Below are positions 28,408 to 39,292 of a DNA stretch of 64,000 bases, piece after piece; position 1 is the first letter of the stretch, and each line of letters starts with the position of its first letter. The stretch comes from Acidobacteriota bacterium (lineage in GTDB: Bacteria; Acidobacteriota; UBA6911; RPQK01; JADFOI01). The position numbers and the translations under genes were made by a program. The stretch spans positions 2,272,001 to 2,336,000 of the forward strand of contig OY760074.1 in assembly GCA_963663035.1 (NCBI GenBank), read 5' to 3'. The notes below the pieces were generated by a model that saw nothing but the letters and a program-made list of their open reading frames with translations, was not told the DNA's origin and did not search any database.

Positions 28408-29415
28408 TCAGCCGGCGCTCACAGGGACACCCTCTTCCGTGAAATATTTGAAGATCTGTTCTCCGTGGAAGCGCCCCGTCTCGATAAAAATGCGGTTGGT
28501 CATCTTCCCACACACAACCGAGCCAGCCAGATAGATTCCCTTTACATTTGTCTCCAGCGTTTTGGGATCGCTTTTGGGAATGCAGGTTTCCGGGTTAACC
28601 TCTATTCCCATCATCTCCAGAAAACTCACCGAGGGATGATAACCCGTCATAGCCAACACAAAGTCATTCTCCACCTTCTTCGCTCCCTCAGGGGTAGAGA
28701 TGAGAATCTCTGTCTCTCCAATCTCCTTCACCGTACTGGAAAAATAGGCCTTGATCTCACCCCGCTTGATGCGATTGTTAATGTCGGGTAAAACCCAGTA
28801 TTTCACCTCCCTGCCCATGGCCTCACCCCGGTGAATCAGAGTCACTTCGGCGCCTCCGTTGCGATATAAATCCAATGCCGTCTCAGCCGCCGAGTTTTGA
28901 CCTCCAATCACGGCTACCTTCTTCTGGAAATAAGGGTGGCAATCAGGATAATAATGGCTGACCTTGGAAAGATTCTCACCAGGAATATCCAGCATATTGG
29001 GGTTGTCATAATAACCCGTGGCAATGATCAGCCTCCTTGACCGATATTCTTGCTTTTGATCAAGGCGATCCTTACTCCGCACCAGAAAGTCATTTTCCTG
29101 GCCCTCCACCGAGATCACTCGCTCGTGGTACTTGATGGGAAGCTCGAAGTCTTCTGCAACACGTCGATAATATTTCAAACCATCCAGCCGCTTTGGCTTC
29201 TCCGAGGAGACAATCATGGGAATGCCGCCGATTTCGAGCAACTCTGGCGTGGTGAAGAATGTCATATTGGTTGGAAAATGGAAGATCGAATTGACCAGGC
29301 AACCCTTCTCAATCAACCAAAAGTCAAGGTTTCTCTGTTTCGCTTCAATGGCACAGGCCAGACCTGCAGGGCCCCCTCCAACGATGATCCAATCCAGTAG
29401 TCGATTCATTGACAC
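28408..29415 (-). CDS. ypdA: YpdA-family putative bacillithiol disulfide reductase
   Basis: GGGPAG, 'LVNSIFHFPTNMTFFTTPELLEIG', 'VKYWVLPDINNRI', 'IFIETGRFHG'. Confidence 0.88.
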   Translation of the reverse strand: MSMNRLLDWIIVGGGPAGLACAIEAKQRNLDFWLIEKGCLVNSIFHFPTNMTFFTTPELLEIGGIPMIVSSEKPKRLDGLKYYRRVAEDFELPIKYHERVISVEGQENDFLVRSKDRLDQKQEYRSRRLIIATGYYDNPNMLDIPGENLSKVSHYYPDCHPYFQKKVAVIGGQNSAAETALDLYRNGGAEVTLIHRGEAMGREVKYWVLPDINNRIKRGEIKAYFSSTVKEIGETEILISTPEGAKKVENDFVLAMTGYHPSVSFLEMMGIEVNPETCIPKSDPKTLETNVKGIYLAGSVVCGKMTNRIFIETGRFHGEQIFKYFTEEGVPVSAG

Positions 29416-29438
29416 AATCTCTCCAGCTTATCTAGAAT
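29409..29438 (+). promoter_or_regulatory. sigma70-like promoter for tRNA-Val
   Basis: TTGACA-18 nt-TAGAAT, ending 10 nt before the tRNA. Confidence 0.65.
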
Positions 29439-29448
29439 AGCGATTTGC

Positions 29449-29525
29449 GGGCGATTAGCTCAGCTGGCTAGAGCGCCGCCTTCACACGGCGGAGGTCACT
29501 GGTTCAAGTCCAGTATCGCCCACCA
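29449..29525 (+). tRNA. tRNA-Val (anticodon CAC)
   Basis: GGGCGAT acceptor paired with ATCGCCC-ACCA; D-arm AGCTCAGCTGGCTAGAGC; anticodon arm CCGCC-TTCACAC-GGCGG; T-loop GGTTCAAGTCC. Confidence 0.97.
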
Positions 29526-29534
29526 AATCCGCCC

Positions 29535-29571
29535 AAAAAAAAGAGGGCAGGAACTGTTCAGGACCCGCCCT
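29535..29571 (-). terminator. Intrinsic terminator for the sucC-sucD-ndk-methyltransferase direction
   Basis: Minus strand AGGGCGGG-loop-CCTGCCCT followed by a T8 tract. Confidence 0.6.
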
Positions 29572-29617
29572 TGCGCCACTTGCATCTTAGCAAAGATTTT
29601 CCGGAGGAACCAGGGCC

Positions 29618-30625
29618 TCAAGAGACCCGGACGTGCTGGACCAGAACTTTCATTGTGTCGGAGATACCGTCTGGAGCCAGGAGCGTCTTGAGACCAAGAC
29701 GTTCTTCTGCTCTCTCCGGGTTGAAGAAACCTTGGGCCTCCTCCTCCTGAAGACGCTGCTCCAGTCCCCGATCGAAAAGAAAGTGCCGCTGGGTCCTCAA
29801 AGGATCGCTCGTCCAGCCCAAGCTGGCGCCTGTATTGGCCATCACTTCGAAGTTAACGTGGGAGGTGATGTCCTGGTGGCCCATATTGATATAGGGGTTT
29901 GGAATCACCTGATGACGGTGATAACAGAGGAGAGTTCCATGGGTTCGATCCACTGAGTTATATTCTTCCCAGTCATAGCCATAATCCACAGTCAGGACAA
30001 CTCCGGACTCAATGCGCCTATCCAAATCCTCCAACACTTCGACCATACGGAGATTGACTTCGTATTCACAACCATCTCGCCACTCCTTGAACCCACTTCT
30101 CATGTACTCAAGGATCCGAGGATCTTCGCTCTCACCTTCCACCTCGGAGATCTCCTCGCCAACCGTGACATAAATCTCCTGCAGCTTCGACCCTCTCACC
30201 CTGACGCGATGCACCGGAAGGGCGTCGAAAAATTCATTAGAGAAGACAATCCCCTGAATGCGATCCGGCAATGCCACCCCCACTTCCACCGGAAGGTACT
30301 CCACGCAATCAAACACTTCAGGATAGCGCTCCTCCAATCGCTTCAGAATATCCCGACCCAGGAATCCCTCTCCCACCCCCAACTCCACCAAATGAAAAGG
30401 CCTGGGCTGGGAAAGCAGCTTGAAGTACTCAACAAAAGCACTTGCCAGGCTGTGAGCAAAGAACCGATGAGTGTAAGGGGAAGTATAGTAGTCTCCCTGG
30501 GGGCCAAAGATCTTGTCCTTGGTCGTGTAATAGCCCTGGTGTGGGTCGTAGAGACAGAAGTCCATGAAGCGTTCGAAGGTGATGCTTTGATGTTTCCAGG
30601 GAAGATCCACGGATGACAAGCTCAA
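29618..30625 (-). CDS. SAM-dependent methyltransferase, NDUFAF7/MidA family
   Basis: 'FMDFCLYDP..GYY..GDYYTSP', ELGVGEG, 'NEFFDALPV', 'DYGY', 'QDITSHVNF'. Confidence 0.9.
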   Translation of the reverse strand: MSLSSVDLPWKHQSITFERFMDFCLYDPHQGYYTTKDKIFGPQGDYYTSPYTHRFFAHSLASAFVEYFKLLSQPRPFHLVELGVGEGFLGRDILKRLEERYPEVFDCVEYLPVEVGVALPDRIQGIVFSNEFFDALPVHRVRVRGSKLQEIYVTVGEEISEVEGESEDPRILEYMRSGFKEWRDGCEYEVNLRMVEVLEDLDRRIESGVVLTVDYGYDWEEYNSVDRTHGTLLCYHRHQVIPNPYINMGHQDITSHVNFEVMANTGASLGWTSDPLRTQRHFLFDRGLEQRLQEEEAQGFFNPERAEERLGLKTLLAPDGISDTMKVLVQHVRVS

Positions 30626-30671
30626 GATGACGCTCTAAAGGAGGACCAGTCCTTTCCCGAATTCAGTCAGC

Positions 30672-31097
30672 TCAGTTCTCCTTCACCACTTCCAGGGAGT
30701 TGAAAAAGAACCCAATCTCAATGCGGGCAGTCTCAGGGTTGTCACTGCCATGAACCGAATTTCGTTCGATGCTTTCACCGAAGCGCTGGCGAATCGTTCC
30801 CTCCTCGGCCTGACCGGGGTCGGTTGCACCCATGATCTTGCGCCAGAGAGCAATGGCTTCCTTCCCACCTAACACCATGACAAAGATGGGTCCTTCAGTC
30901 ATAAATCGAGTCAGGCTCTCAAAAAAGCTTTTGTCTCGATGAACGTGGTAAAAGCTTTCGGCCTGCTGCCTCGTCAGGTGGAAAACCTGACCTGAAACCA
31001 TGGATAGTTGCTTTTCTTCAGCCATGGCAATGATCGATCCGACAAGGTTCCTGCTGAACGCATCAGGCTTGATGATGGCCAATGTTCTTTCCTGCAA
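30672..31097 (-). CDS. ndk: Nucleoside-diphosphate kinase
   Basis: 'ERTLAIIKPDA', 'GTIR', NSVHGSD; TTG start with GGAG SD. Confidence 0.96.
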   Translation of the reverse strand: MQERTLAIIKPDAFSRNLVGSIIAMAEEKQLSMVSGQVFHLTRQQAESFYHVHRDKSFFESLTRFMTEGPIFVMVLGGKEAIALWRKIMGATDPGQAEEGTIRQRFGESIERNSVHGSDNPETARIEIGFFFNSLEVVKEN

Positions 31098-31147
31098 CTT
31101 AGTGACTCTCCACTTCCTGGCTCCCAAACCCTTGGGTTTTCACTCCT

Positions 31148-32017
31148 CTATGACAGAACCGCTTCCATGGTCGCTCCGATCTCAGCAGGACTCTCCACGA
31201 CCTGGATTCCACATTCCGTCATTTTCTTCATCTTCTCTGCTGCAGTCCCCTGGCCCTGGGAAATGATGGCTCCGGCATGTCCCATGCGTCGGCCGGGCGG
31301 CGCAGTCTGGCCTGCTATGAATCCGACCACCGGCTTCTTCATGTGCGCCTTGATGTACTGGGCGGCTTCTTCTTCGGCCGATCCGCCGATCTCCCCGATC
31401 ATCACCACAGCATCCGTCTCCGGATCCTCATTGAAGGCCTTCAGAACATCAATAAAACCGGTGCCGACGATGGGATCGCCTCCAATGCCGATGCAGGTGC
31501 TCTGACCAATATTGCGAGAAGTCAACTGCTGAACCGCCTCATAAGTCAAAGTTCCACTTCGAGAGATGCATCCCACCGTCCCTGCCTGGTGGATCGGCCC
31601 CGGCATGATTCCAATCTTACATTCACCTGGAGATATGATGCCGGGACAATTGGGCCCAATGAGCCTGCTCTCTCTTCCCTGCATAAAGTGAGTCACTCGT
31701 ACCATGTCCAGGATCGGGACTCCTTCAGTAATACAGACAACCAATTGGAGCTCAGCATCAACCGCTTCCATGATCGCATCAGCGGCAAACAGCGCAGGCA
31801 CGAAAATCATGCTTGTATCGGCAGCTTCCTGCTCCACGGCCTCTTTGACCGTATTGTAGACAGGAACACCGTCTTGACTCATGCCCCCCTTACCAGGAGT
31901 CACCCCGGCCACTATCTGGGTTCCGTATTCGCGGCACTGGGCCGTGTGAAAACTTCCCTCCCGGCCCGTGATTCCTTGAACCACCACTCGTGTGTCTTTA
32001 TCTATCCAAATGGCCAC
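31148..32017 (-). CDS. sucD: Succinate-CoA ligase alpha subunit
   Basis: 'VQGITGREG', 'GPNCPG', 'SRSGTLTYE', 'RMGHAGA'. Confidence 0.98.
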   Translation of the reverse strand: MAIWIDKDTRVVVQGITGREGSFHTAQCREYGTQIVAGVTPGKGGMSQDGVPVYNTVKEAVEQEAADTSMIFVPALFAADAIMEAVDAELQLVVCITEGVPILDMVRVTHFMQGRESRLIGPNCPGIISPGECKIGIMPGPIHQAGTVGCISRSGTLTYEAVQQLTSRNIGQSTCIGIGGDPIVGTGFIDVLKAFNEDPETDAVVMIGEIGGSAEEEAAQYIKAHMKKPVVGFIAGQTAPPGRRMGHAGAIISQGQGTAAEKMKKMTECGIQVVESPAEIGATMEAVLS

Positions 32018-32033
32018 AATCCCCCTCCGGCGG

Positions 32034-33188
32034 TCATACCCCCTCTACCACCTTTCTGGCGGCGTCGGCCATATCAGTGGCCACCACAAAATCGAGACCT
32101 GACTTCTTCAAAATCTCACGTCCTTCCTCCACGTTGGTCCCTTCCAGGCGGACCACTATCGGAACCTTTACTCCCACTTCCCTGACAGCCTGAACGACAC
32201 CTTCAGCCACGACATCGCAGCGCATAATTCCACCGAAGATATTGATCAACACCGCTTCTAGATTCTCATCCGAGAGCAGAATCCTAAAGGCATTCTTCAC
32301 TTGTTCAAGACTGGCCCCGCCTCCAACATCCAGAAAGTTGGCTGGACTTCCACCGGCAAGTTTAATGATGTCCATAGTAGCCATGGCCAGCCCGGCTCCA
32401 TTGACCATACAACCCACCGTACCATCGAGTTTGATGTAGCTGAGTTGATAGCGTGAGGCCTCGATCTCGGCGGGTTCCTCTTCCAAAAGATCTCGCATCT
32501 CAACAATCTCAGGGTGCCGAGCCAGAGAGTTGTCATCAAAGGTCATCTTTGCATCCAGCGCGTAGAGTTCACCCCCCTGGGTGAGCACCAGCGGATTGAC
32601 CTCAACCAGCGAGGCATCGGTCGATTCAAAAGCCTGGTAAAGCGCACTCATCAAGCGAGAGGCTTTGCCCACCATGGCGGCGTCCAGGCCCAGGCCGAAA
32701 GCGATCTTGCGGGCCTGGAAAGCTTGAAAGCCGATGGCCGGATGAACGTATTCTTTGAGAATCAAGTCAGGACTCTTGCGAGCTACCTCTTCAATCTCGA
32801 CTCCCCCTTCCCGGCTGGCCATGAAAACCGGTCTCTGCTGACTCCGATCAATGACAATCCCCAGGTAGAACTCCTTCTGGATATCGAGACCCTCCTCGAT
32901 CAGAACACGCTGAACTTCTCTTCCTTCCGGCCCTGTTTGAGGCGTCACCAGTTTCGATCCGATGAGGTTGCGGGCAATCTCCTGTGCCTCTTCCGCTGTC
33001 TGGGCGATCTTCACTCCCCCGCCCTTGCCTCGACCTCCAGCGTGAATCTGGGCCTTGACGGCCACCTTCCCACCCAACTGTTTGGCCATCTCGAAGGCTT
33101 CAGGGGGATTCTTGGCTACCCGACCCTCAGGAATCTTGACCCCGTACTCGACCAAGATTTGCTTGGCTTGATATTCATGGACCTTCAT
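32034..33188 (-). CDS. sucC: Succinate-CoA ligase beta subunit
   Basis: 'HEYQAK', '[14 protein letters not shown]', '[11 protein letters not shown]', 'NFLDVGGGA'. Confidence 0.98.
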   Translation of the reverse strand: MKVHEYQAKQILVEYGVKIPEGRVAKNPPEAFEMAKQLGGKVAVKAQIHAGGRGKGGGVKIAQTAEEAQEIARNLIGSKLVTPQTGPEGREVQRVLIEEGLDIQKEFYLGIVIDRSQQRPVFMASREGGVEIEEVARKSPDLILKEYVHPAIGFQAFQARKIAFGLGLDAAMVGKASRLMSALYQAFESTDASLVEVNPLVLTQGGELYALDAKMTFDDNSLARHPEIVEMRDLLEEEPAEIEASRYQLSYIKLDGTVGCMVNGAGLAMATMDIIKLAGGSPANFLDVGGGASLEQVKNAFRILLSDENLEAVLINIFGGIMRCDVVAEGVVQAVREVGVKVPIVVRLEGTNVEEGREILKKSGLDFVVATDMADAARKVVEGV

Positions 33189-33568
33189 CGTGGTCTACTC
33201 CAACACTATTTATTTAAAAAAAATCTGTAAAGTGTTTGGTTACTTTCATTTAGAACGAATAAAACGATTTAGGAAATCCCTAACCGTGCTGAATCTTGCC
33301 AAATCAGGACCAGAAACGCAACTCAAACGCAAATCGGAACATTGAGCAGCAAGTTACTCAATCAACGTCTGTGAGAGTGGTTGATCCGCTTTGTCCGGTT
33401 GGCTTGAAATCCACAACAACTTCCGACTCACAAAGGATGATAAACTATTACTTTAGATTGATCGGTCACCTCTTTACTCAATAGTCACAGTTTTTCGTTG
33501 CTAAGCAAATTACAATTGGCGTAACATCGGGTAACTTTTACGCACAACCTGGAGTCCTACTGACTAAT

Positions 33569-34688
33569 ATGCCCTTGATTTCCAAAGCCATCCTGACGGT
33601 TCTTCTCATTCACAGTGTCGCCCTGGTTCCAGCTTTCGGTGCCCCTCTTGCTCAAGAATCGTCACAGGAAGGTTTGGAAGAAACTTTAGCCAATCTGCGC
33701 AGCGACCTGCCTGCAGGGGTGATTCCACTGAGCCTGTCGATCGGTGCTAATTCTGAGCTTCTCTACATGGGCACGTCCCGCCACGGTGTTCTTCGCAGCC
33801 AGGATGGGGGTTCTACATGGGAGGACATCAGCCGTGGACTCCCGGAGGGCATAGGCAGATTCTACGGGGCCTTTTCCAGTCTGGCTCTGTCACCGGCAGA
33901 TGACTCTGTGCTGTTGGTCGGGACTGAGCTGGGTGAACTCTTTCGCAGTGCCGATAGGGGGGATACCTGGGAAGGGGCGCAGGGACTTCCGCAACCAGCC
34001 ACCCGTCGCACCCATGTTCCGCTGGTCGTCTTTGCCAGCGGCTTCCCGGAGACCGTGTATGCCATTATCTCACGCCCCGTTCACTCTCATCTCACCACCA
34101 ACACCCTGTTCAAGAGCCTCGATGCTGGCCAGAGTTGGTTTGCCGTTAAGAAGTTAGGGGACAACGAAGAATACTCGGAGTTGAGGGTGGAAGAGGGCGA
34201 ACCGCCCATTCTGATCGCCGTGAGCCCAAACGGCGTCTTGTCCATCGAAGATGTCTTTGCTCCCCCTGAAGTAGATGGCCAGAACTCCCAGATCAATCGC
34301 CTGGAGCCCCTGCTTCTGGGAGACAGGACCCAGCAGACATTTCTCGACCAGGATATGGGGGAAATTGCGATTTTGGTCGCTGATGGGGAAATGATCAAGA
34401 CTTTTGATTTAGATGGAACCACCATTCAGTTTACCCCCAATAGCTCCAGCGGATATGGCATCGAGTCTATCGATTTTACCTTCGACCCAGAGTTGGGTAC
34501 TGACCTCATCCTGGGAGATGATGACTCTTCCCAGCAAAATTTGGGTTTCACTTTCCCATTTTATGGGATGGATTTCAGCGACCTCTTTGTCAATTCAAAT
34601 GGAAATCTGACTTTCGGGGAAAGTGATTTGGACCCGATCGCGTCGCTAGAGGAGTTTGTCGGTGGATCCAAAATGAAGATTGCTCCCA
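33569..34688 (+). pseudogene. 5' part of a secreted protein with BNR/Asp-box repeats and a nidogen-like domain, truncated by IS3
   Basis: Signal peptide; SQDGGSTW, SADRGDTW, SLDAGQSW; 'LGFTFPFYG..VNSNGNLTFG'. The ORF runs into the IS left end. Confidence 0.75.
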
Positions 34689-35955
34689 TGACCTTGCCCC
34701 CTAAAACGAGTCCAGTTTGAATGTTAGGATTTCCGGTTTAGGAAGGAGGCAAGGATGGCAGGGAAGCGGTTTAGGGCAGAACAGATCATCATGAAGCTGC
34801 GTGAGGCAGAGGTGGGTCTGGCCCAAGGACAGAGGGTGGGACAGGTGTCGAAGCAGATGGGGGTGAGCGAGCAGACCTACTACCGGTGGCGCAAAGAGTA
34901 CGGAGGGCTCCGGTTGGACCAGGCCAAGAGGTTGAAGGTGTTGGAGAAGGAGAATACCCGGTTGAAGAAGCTGGTGGCGGATCTGTCTTTGGACAAGCAG
35001 ATCCTGAAGGAAGTGTCCTCGGGAAACTTCTAGGCCCGGCGAACAGGAGACGAGCGGTGATGTGGGTACGAGAGCGATTAGGAGCAGAGCGAGTCTCCGA
35101 ACGTCGGGCCTGCCAAGTGCTGGGACAGGTTCGATCGACCCAGCGAAGGGAAAGGCAAATTCCCGATGATGAGGCCCGATTGGTGGCCCGGATGGTGGAG
35201 TTGGCTACGCAATACGGGCGTTATGGCTACCGGCGGGTCACGGCGATACTTCATGGGGAAGGGTGGAAGGTGAATCCTAAGCGGATGGAGAGGCTGTGGA
35301 GACAAGAAGGGCTGAAAGTCCCGTCCAGACAGCCGAAACGAAGGAGGCTGTGGCTTAATGACGGTTCCTGTGTTCGGTTACGAGCGGCTCGCAAGAACCA
35401 CGTCTGGAGCTATGATTTCGTGCATGAACGGACCCATGATGGGCGAGCCTTTCGGCTATTGACGATCCTGGATGAGTACACCAGAGAGTGCCTCGCCATT
35501 GATGTGAAACGGCAGATGAATCACCAAGACGTGTTGGACCGGCTGGCGGAGTTATTCGTTGATCGGGGAGTGCCTGAGTTTATCCGGTCCGATAACGGAT
35601 CGGAGTTTACGGCACAGGCGGTCCGGGACTGGCTGCAGGCTGTTGGGGTAAGGACCTTGTACATCGAACCGGGCAGCCCCTGGGAGAATGGGTACATTGA
35701 GAGTTTCAACGGGAAACTACGGGATGAGCTGCTGAACATGGAGATCTTCGACACGCTGGGGGAAGCCAAGGTGTTGGTAGAACGCTGGCGGAGGGATTAC
35801 AATCAGATCCGGCCTCACAGCGCCTTGGCCTATCGGCCGCCGGCGCCAGAGGCCAAACTACCTAGGTCGCAGGCACTGGATCCAATCCCTTGGAGTGGAC
35901 TTCAAATGGTCCCGGGTCTAGCATAGAGGGTGGACTCGTTCGTGGGGGCAGGTCA
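34689..35955 (+). mobile_element. IS3-family insertion sequence, copy 1 (1267 bp)
   Basis: TG...CA ends, TIR TGACC(T)TGCCCCC..ACGAGTCCA, orfA/orfB arrangement; no target duplication visible. Confidence 0.95.
34755..35926 (+). CDS. IS3 transposase OrfAB (orfA 34755-35033; -1 frameshift at GGGAAAC 35021-35027 into orfB)
   Basis: HTH orfA; DDE motifs [23 protein letters not shown]; slippery G GGA AAC in the orfA frame just before TAG. Confidence 0.93.
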
Positions 35956-36201
35956 GCAGACCTTTTACTCCATCCAAGAGTTTCACTAGCCGGCGAATAC
36001 GTACCGCGGCTGGCGGGCTTTGGTGGTTTTGGAAACGAACGTTCCACACTTTCCTGGGGTGTGAAACTGCGAACGCGGGGTCATGTCTTCACCATCCTGG
36101 TGACCAACACCAGAGATTTTACTCCCGCCCAGTATGGAGTCAATGCCAAAACCACCGACTTCGCACTTGGATTTGATCTCTATCGGAAGAGTTGGAAGTA
36201 A
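35956..36201 (+). pseudogene. 3' remnant of a beta-barrel protein (DUF5777-like), 5' part missing at the IS junction
   Basis: 'SLAGEYVPRL..WGVKLRTRGHVFTILVTN..LGFDLYR'; no start codon outside the IS. Confidence 0.55.
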
Positions 36202-36211
36202 AGTCGCGCAC

Positions 36212-38116
36212 ATGAGTCAAAGTGGGCAAGAAAAACCATTCGGACTGTGGACAAGCCCACTCACGGCTTCCGATCTGGCCGCTGAACTGCGCTTCTCCGA
36301 CCTCCTGTGGGACACCCATGGGGAGACCCTGGTCTGGCGCGAGGAAAGATCCGATCGGGGCGTTCTGGTGTGTCAATCGCCAGAAGACTCTTCGCCGCGC
36401 GACTTGACCGGAGAACTCTCCGTGCGTGCACGAGTCGGGTACGCCGGCGGCGATTTCACCGTTTCTCATGGATCTGCTTATTTTGTCGCTGAGGGGCGCC
36501 TCTATCAACAGGCCATCTCCGGCGATAAGGCCAAGCCGATCACACCTGCCTGGGGACAGTGCGCAGCTCCAGCCGTTTCACCCAGTGGGAAATACCTGCT
36601 CTACGTTCACTCCGCTGACAGATCTGACATGCTGGCCCTTGTCGACACCCAAGGTGAAACTGAGCCACAGAAGCTGCATCAGGATCACGACTTTTACATG
36701 CAACCGTGCTGGCACCCGCAGGGAAATCGAATTGCCTGGGTCGCCTGGAATCATCCCTATATGCCCTGGGATTCAAGCGCGCTCTACCTGGGAACCATCT
36801 CTTCTGAACAGGGCCTGCCGGTGCTCACTTCCCAGGAAGTTGTGGCCGGTGAGCTGGCGGGAGACACCGCGATTTTCCAACCCGCCTTCTCGCCCGATGG
36901 TCGCTATCTGAGCTATGCCTCAAATGAAAGCGGCTGGTTCAATGTTTACTTGCTCGACCTCAAATCAGGCAAAAAAGAATTAGTTGTAGGAGAAGAAGCG
37001 GAGTATGGCGCTCCTGCCTGGATTCAGGGGCTCAGAAGACACGCCTGGACGTCTGACGGCAAAGCACTCTTCTTGTTGAGATCCAAGGACGGTTTTACTT
37101 CTCTGGTGAGATTTGATCTCGAGACAAGAACACTGCAAGAAATGAAAGGAGACACACAGCAGTACAGCTCCCTTTCTCAAATCGCCTTGAGTCCCAAAGA
37201 GGAAAGCATTGCTCTCATTGCTTCTTCTTCGACGGTCCCCTCCCGCATTATTTCTGTCTCACCAGGAGGCGAGGTTCAAACCCACCAGCGCAGCAGTTCG
37301 AAGAACCTCAGTGAAGGTTATCTCAGCCGCCCTCAAGCTCTCAGTTGGAATGTCGATACGGACTCGCCTGTCACATGCTGCTACGGACTTTACTATCCCC
37401 CCTCTCATCCGGAATTTGAGAACAGTGGACCTCCTGCCACCATCATCAAGATTCACGGCGGTCCCACCTCTCAATACGCAGCCGATTATCATGCTGACAC
37501 TCAATTTTTCGTCAGTCGAGGCTTCGCTGTTCTGGAATTGAATTACCGGGGTAGTTGGGGTTACGGGAAAGCCTATGTCAATGCTCTGAGAGGGACTTGG
37601 GGGGTCATCGACGTGGAAGACACCCGGTCTGCTGCCGAATATCTGGTGTCCAAGGATCTGGCCAACAGAAAGCAGCTCATCTTAATGGGTGGAAGTGCCG
37701 GTGGGTACACCGTCCTGTTGAGCTTGATTGCCTATCCGGGATTCTTCAGAGCGGGTATTTGTCGCTATGGGGTATCCAATCTCTTTACGCTGGCAGCCGA
37801 CACTCATAAGTTTGAGGAACATTATCTGGACTCTCTGGTGGGCACGCTTCCTCAGGACGAGAAGCTGTACCGGGAACGATCGCCAGTTTTCTCGGCTGAC
37901 AAGATCCGCGATCCGCTTGCCATCTTTCAAGGCGAAGAAGATCAAGTCGTGCCTCGAGCTCAATCGGATGAGATTGTCCAGTCCCTGGCTCAGCGCAAGG
38001 TTCCACATCTTTACCGCACTTATGAAGGCGAGGGACACGGCTGGCGCAAGAGTGAGACCATCCAGGACTACTATGAAAGCCTTGAGCAGTTTCTGAGTGA
38101 ACACCTGGGGTCGTGA
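36212..38116 (+). CDS. S9-family (prolyl oligopeptidase/acylaminoacyl peptidase) serine peptidase
   Basis: HGGPT, NYRGS, GGSAGGY, 'GEEDQVV', 'GEGHGW'; start MSQSGQ at 36212. Confidence 0.93.
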   Translation: MSQSGQEKPFGLWTSPLTASDLAAELRFSDLLWDTHGETLVWREERSDRGVLVCQSPEDSSPRDLTGELSVRARVGYAGGDFTVSHGSAYFVAEGRLYQQAISGDKAKPITPAWGQCAAPAVSPSGKYLLYVHSADRSDMLALVDTQGETEPQKLHQDHDFYMQPCWHPQGNRIAWVAWNHPYMPWDSSALYLGTISSEQGLPVLTSQEVVAGELAGDTAIFQPAFSPDGRYLSYASNESGWFNVYLLDLKSGKKELVVGEEAEYGAPAWIQGLRRHAWTSDGKALFLLRSKDGFTSLVRFDLETRTLQEMKGDTQQYSSLSQIALSPKEESIALIASSSTVPSRIISVSPGGEVQTHQRSSSKNLSEGYLSRPQALSWNVDTDSPVTCCYGLYYPPSHPEFENSGPPATIIKIHGGPTSQYAADYHADTQFFVSRGFAVLELNYRGSWGYGKAYVNALRGTWGVIDVEDTRSAAEYLVSKDLANRKQLILMGGSAGGYTVLLSLIAYPGFFRAGICRYGVSNLFTLAADTHKFEEHYLDSLVGTLPQDEKLYRERSPVFSADKIRDPLAIFQGEEDQVVPRAQSDEIVQSLAQRKVPHLYRTYEGEGHGWRKSETIQDYYESLEQFLSEHLGS

Positions 38117-38166
38117 CCCAGTCTCGAACGTGCTAAACTCCGTTGGTAAAGGACTACTAACGGGTA

Positions 38167-39282
38167 ATGAAAACAGATATCGTCATTGTCGGTGCAGGCT
38201 TTGCGGGAGCCTCTACCGCCTTCCATCTGAGCGAAACTTTTTCTGGATCCATTCTCCTCATTGAAAGAGAGGAGTGCCCCGGTTTTCATGCCTCGGGCCG
38301 CAATGCCTCTCAGCTGCGTCAGTCAACCACCGACCGGGATATTCGTCGTGTGTTGGCAGCCAGCCACCAAGCCTATGATCGACTCAGAGAAGAGGTCGGC
38401 TTCCACTCGCATGGCTCGCTGCTTCTTGGAAAACAGGATCACCTGGAAAAGTTTCGCGAGCCAGAGCTGATCCCTTCTGAGTATCGGGAACCCCAAGAGA
38501 TCTCCCGGCAAATACCCCAACTGCAGGGTCACGACTTTGAAGCGGTTCTCTGGACACCTTCGGACGGAGTGATGGATATCTCCCTGCTTCTTCAGTTCTA
38601 TCTGGCAGGGGCTCGTTCTCGCGGTGCCGACCTTTGGTTAAACTGTGAGCTGAGGAGCATCGAGGGAGATGGACCGTTTCGCCTGGAGACCTCTCGGGGG
38701 TCGATCGAAACCAACTACCTGGTCAATGCCGCCGGGGCCTGGGCCCAACAGGTGGCCCGCATGGCTGGAGCCCTCCAGCTACCGCTCACACCCTTCAAAA
38801 GGCATCTCTTTGTGCTGGAGGAAGTCCCTTCCCTGAAGCCAAACCAGCCCTTTGTCTGGAGCTTCGCCAGCAATTTCTACTTTCGACCCGACTCGGGTGG
38901 TCTCCTGATCAGTATTTGCGATGAGGAACAAGCTACCAGCCTGGAGCCCACGGTGAGTCCCGATATCTCCCAATCCCTGGCCGAACTTGTCTGGCAGGAG
39001 CTCCCGGCCCTGCGGGAGGCGACTCAAAGAGAGGTTTGGTCATGCTTTCGAACTAAGACTCCGGACGACTCCTTTGTGATCGGATGGGACTCGGCTGCTG
39101 AGAACTTCTTCTGGGTAGCTGGACTGGGCGGCGATGGCATGGGCAGCAGCTGGGAGCTCGGCCGCCTGGCTGCTGAGCGTTTTCTCAATCCGACTCACAC
39201 AGCCCATCAGCCTTTTGATCCCTCTCGCTTTGAGACAACTTTAGACCCCGAGCTCGCTACCCAGCCCTTGGTCAAAAGTTGA
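38167..39282 (+). CDS. FAD-dependent oxidoreductase (DAO/sarcosine oxidase family)
   Basis: GAGFAG, 'ASGRNA', 'VNAAGAWA', 'TPDDSFVIG'. Confidence 0.9.
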   Translation: MKTDIVIVGAGFAGASTAFHLSETFSGSILLIEREECPGFHASGRNASQLRQSTTDRDIRRVLAASHQAYDRLREEVGFHSHGSLLLGKQDHLEKFREPELIPSEYREPQEISRQIPQLQGHDFEAVLWTPSDGVMDISLLLQFYLAGARSRGADLWLNCELRSIEGDGPFRLETSRGSIETNYLVNAAGAWAQQVARMAGALQLPLTPFKRHLFVLEEVPSLKPNQPFVWSFASNFYFRPDSGGLLISICDEEQATSLEPTVSPDISQSLAELVWQELPALREATQREVWSCFRTKTPDDSFVIGWDSAAENFFWVAGLGGDGMGSSWELGRLAAERFLNPTHTAHQPFDPSRFETTLDPELATQPLVKS

Positions 39283-39292
39283 ATGTTCCTAG

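Noticed and set aside
33190-33568. Long AT-richer intergenic region as a riboswitch or sRNA
   Set aside because: No recognisable aptamer motif or terminator; divergent promoters are a sufficient explanation.
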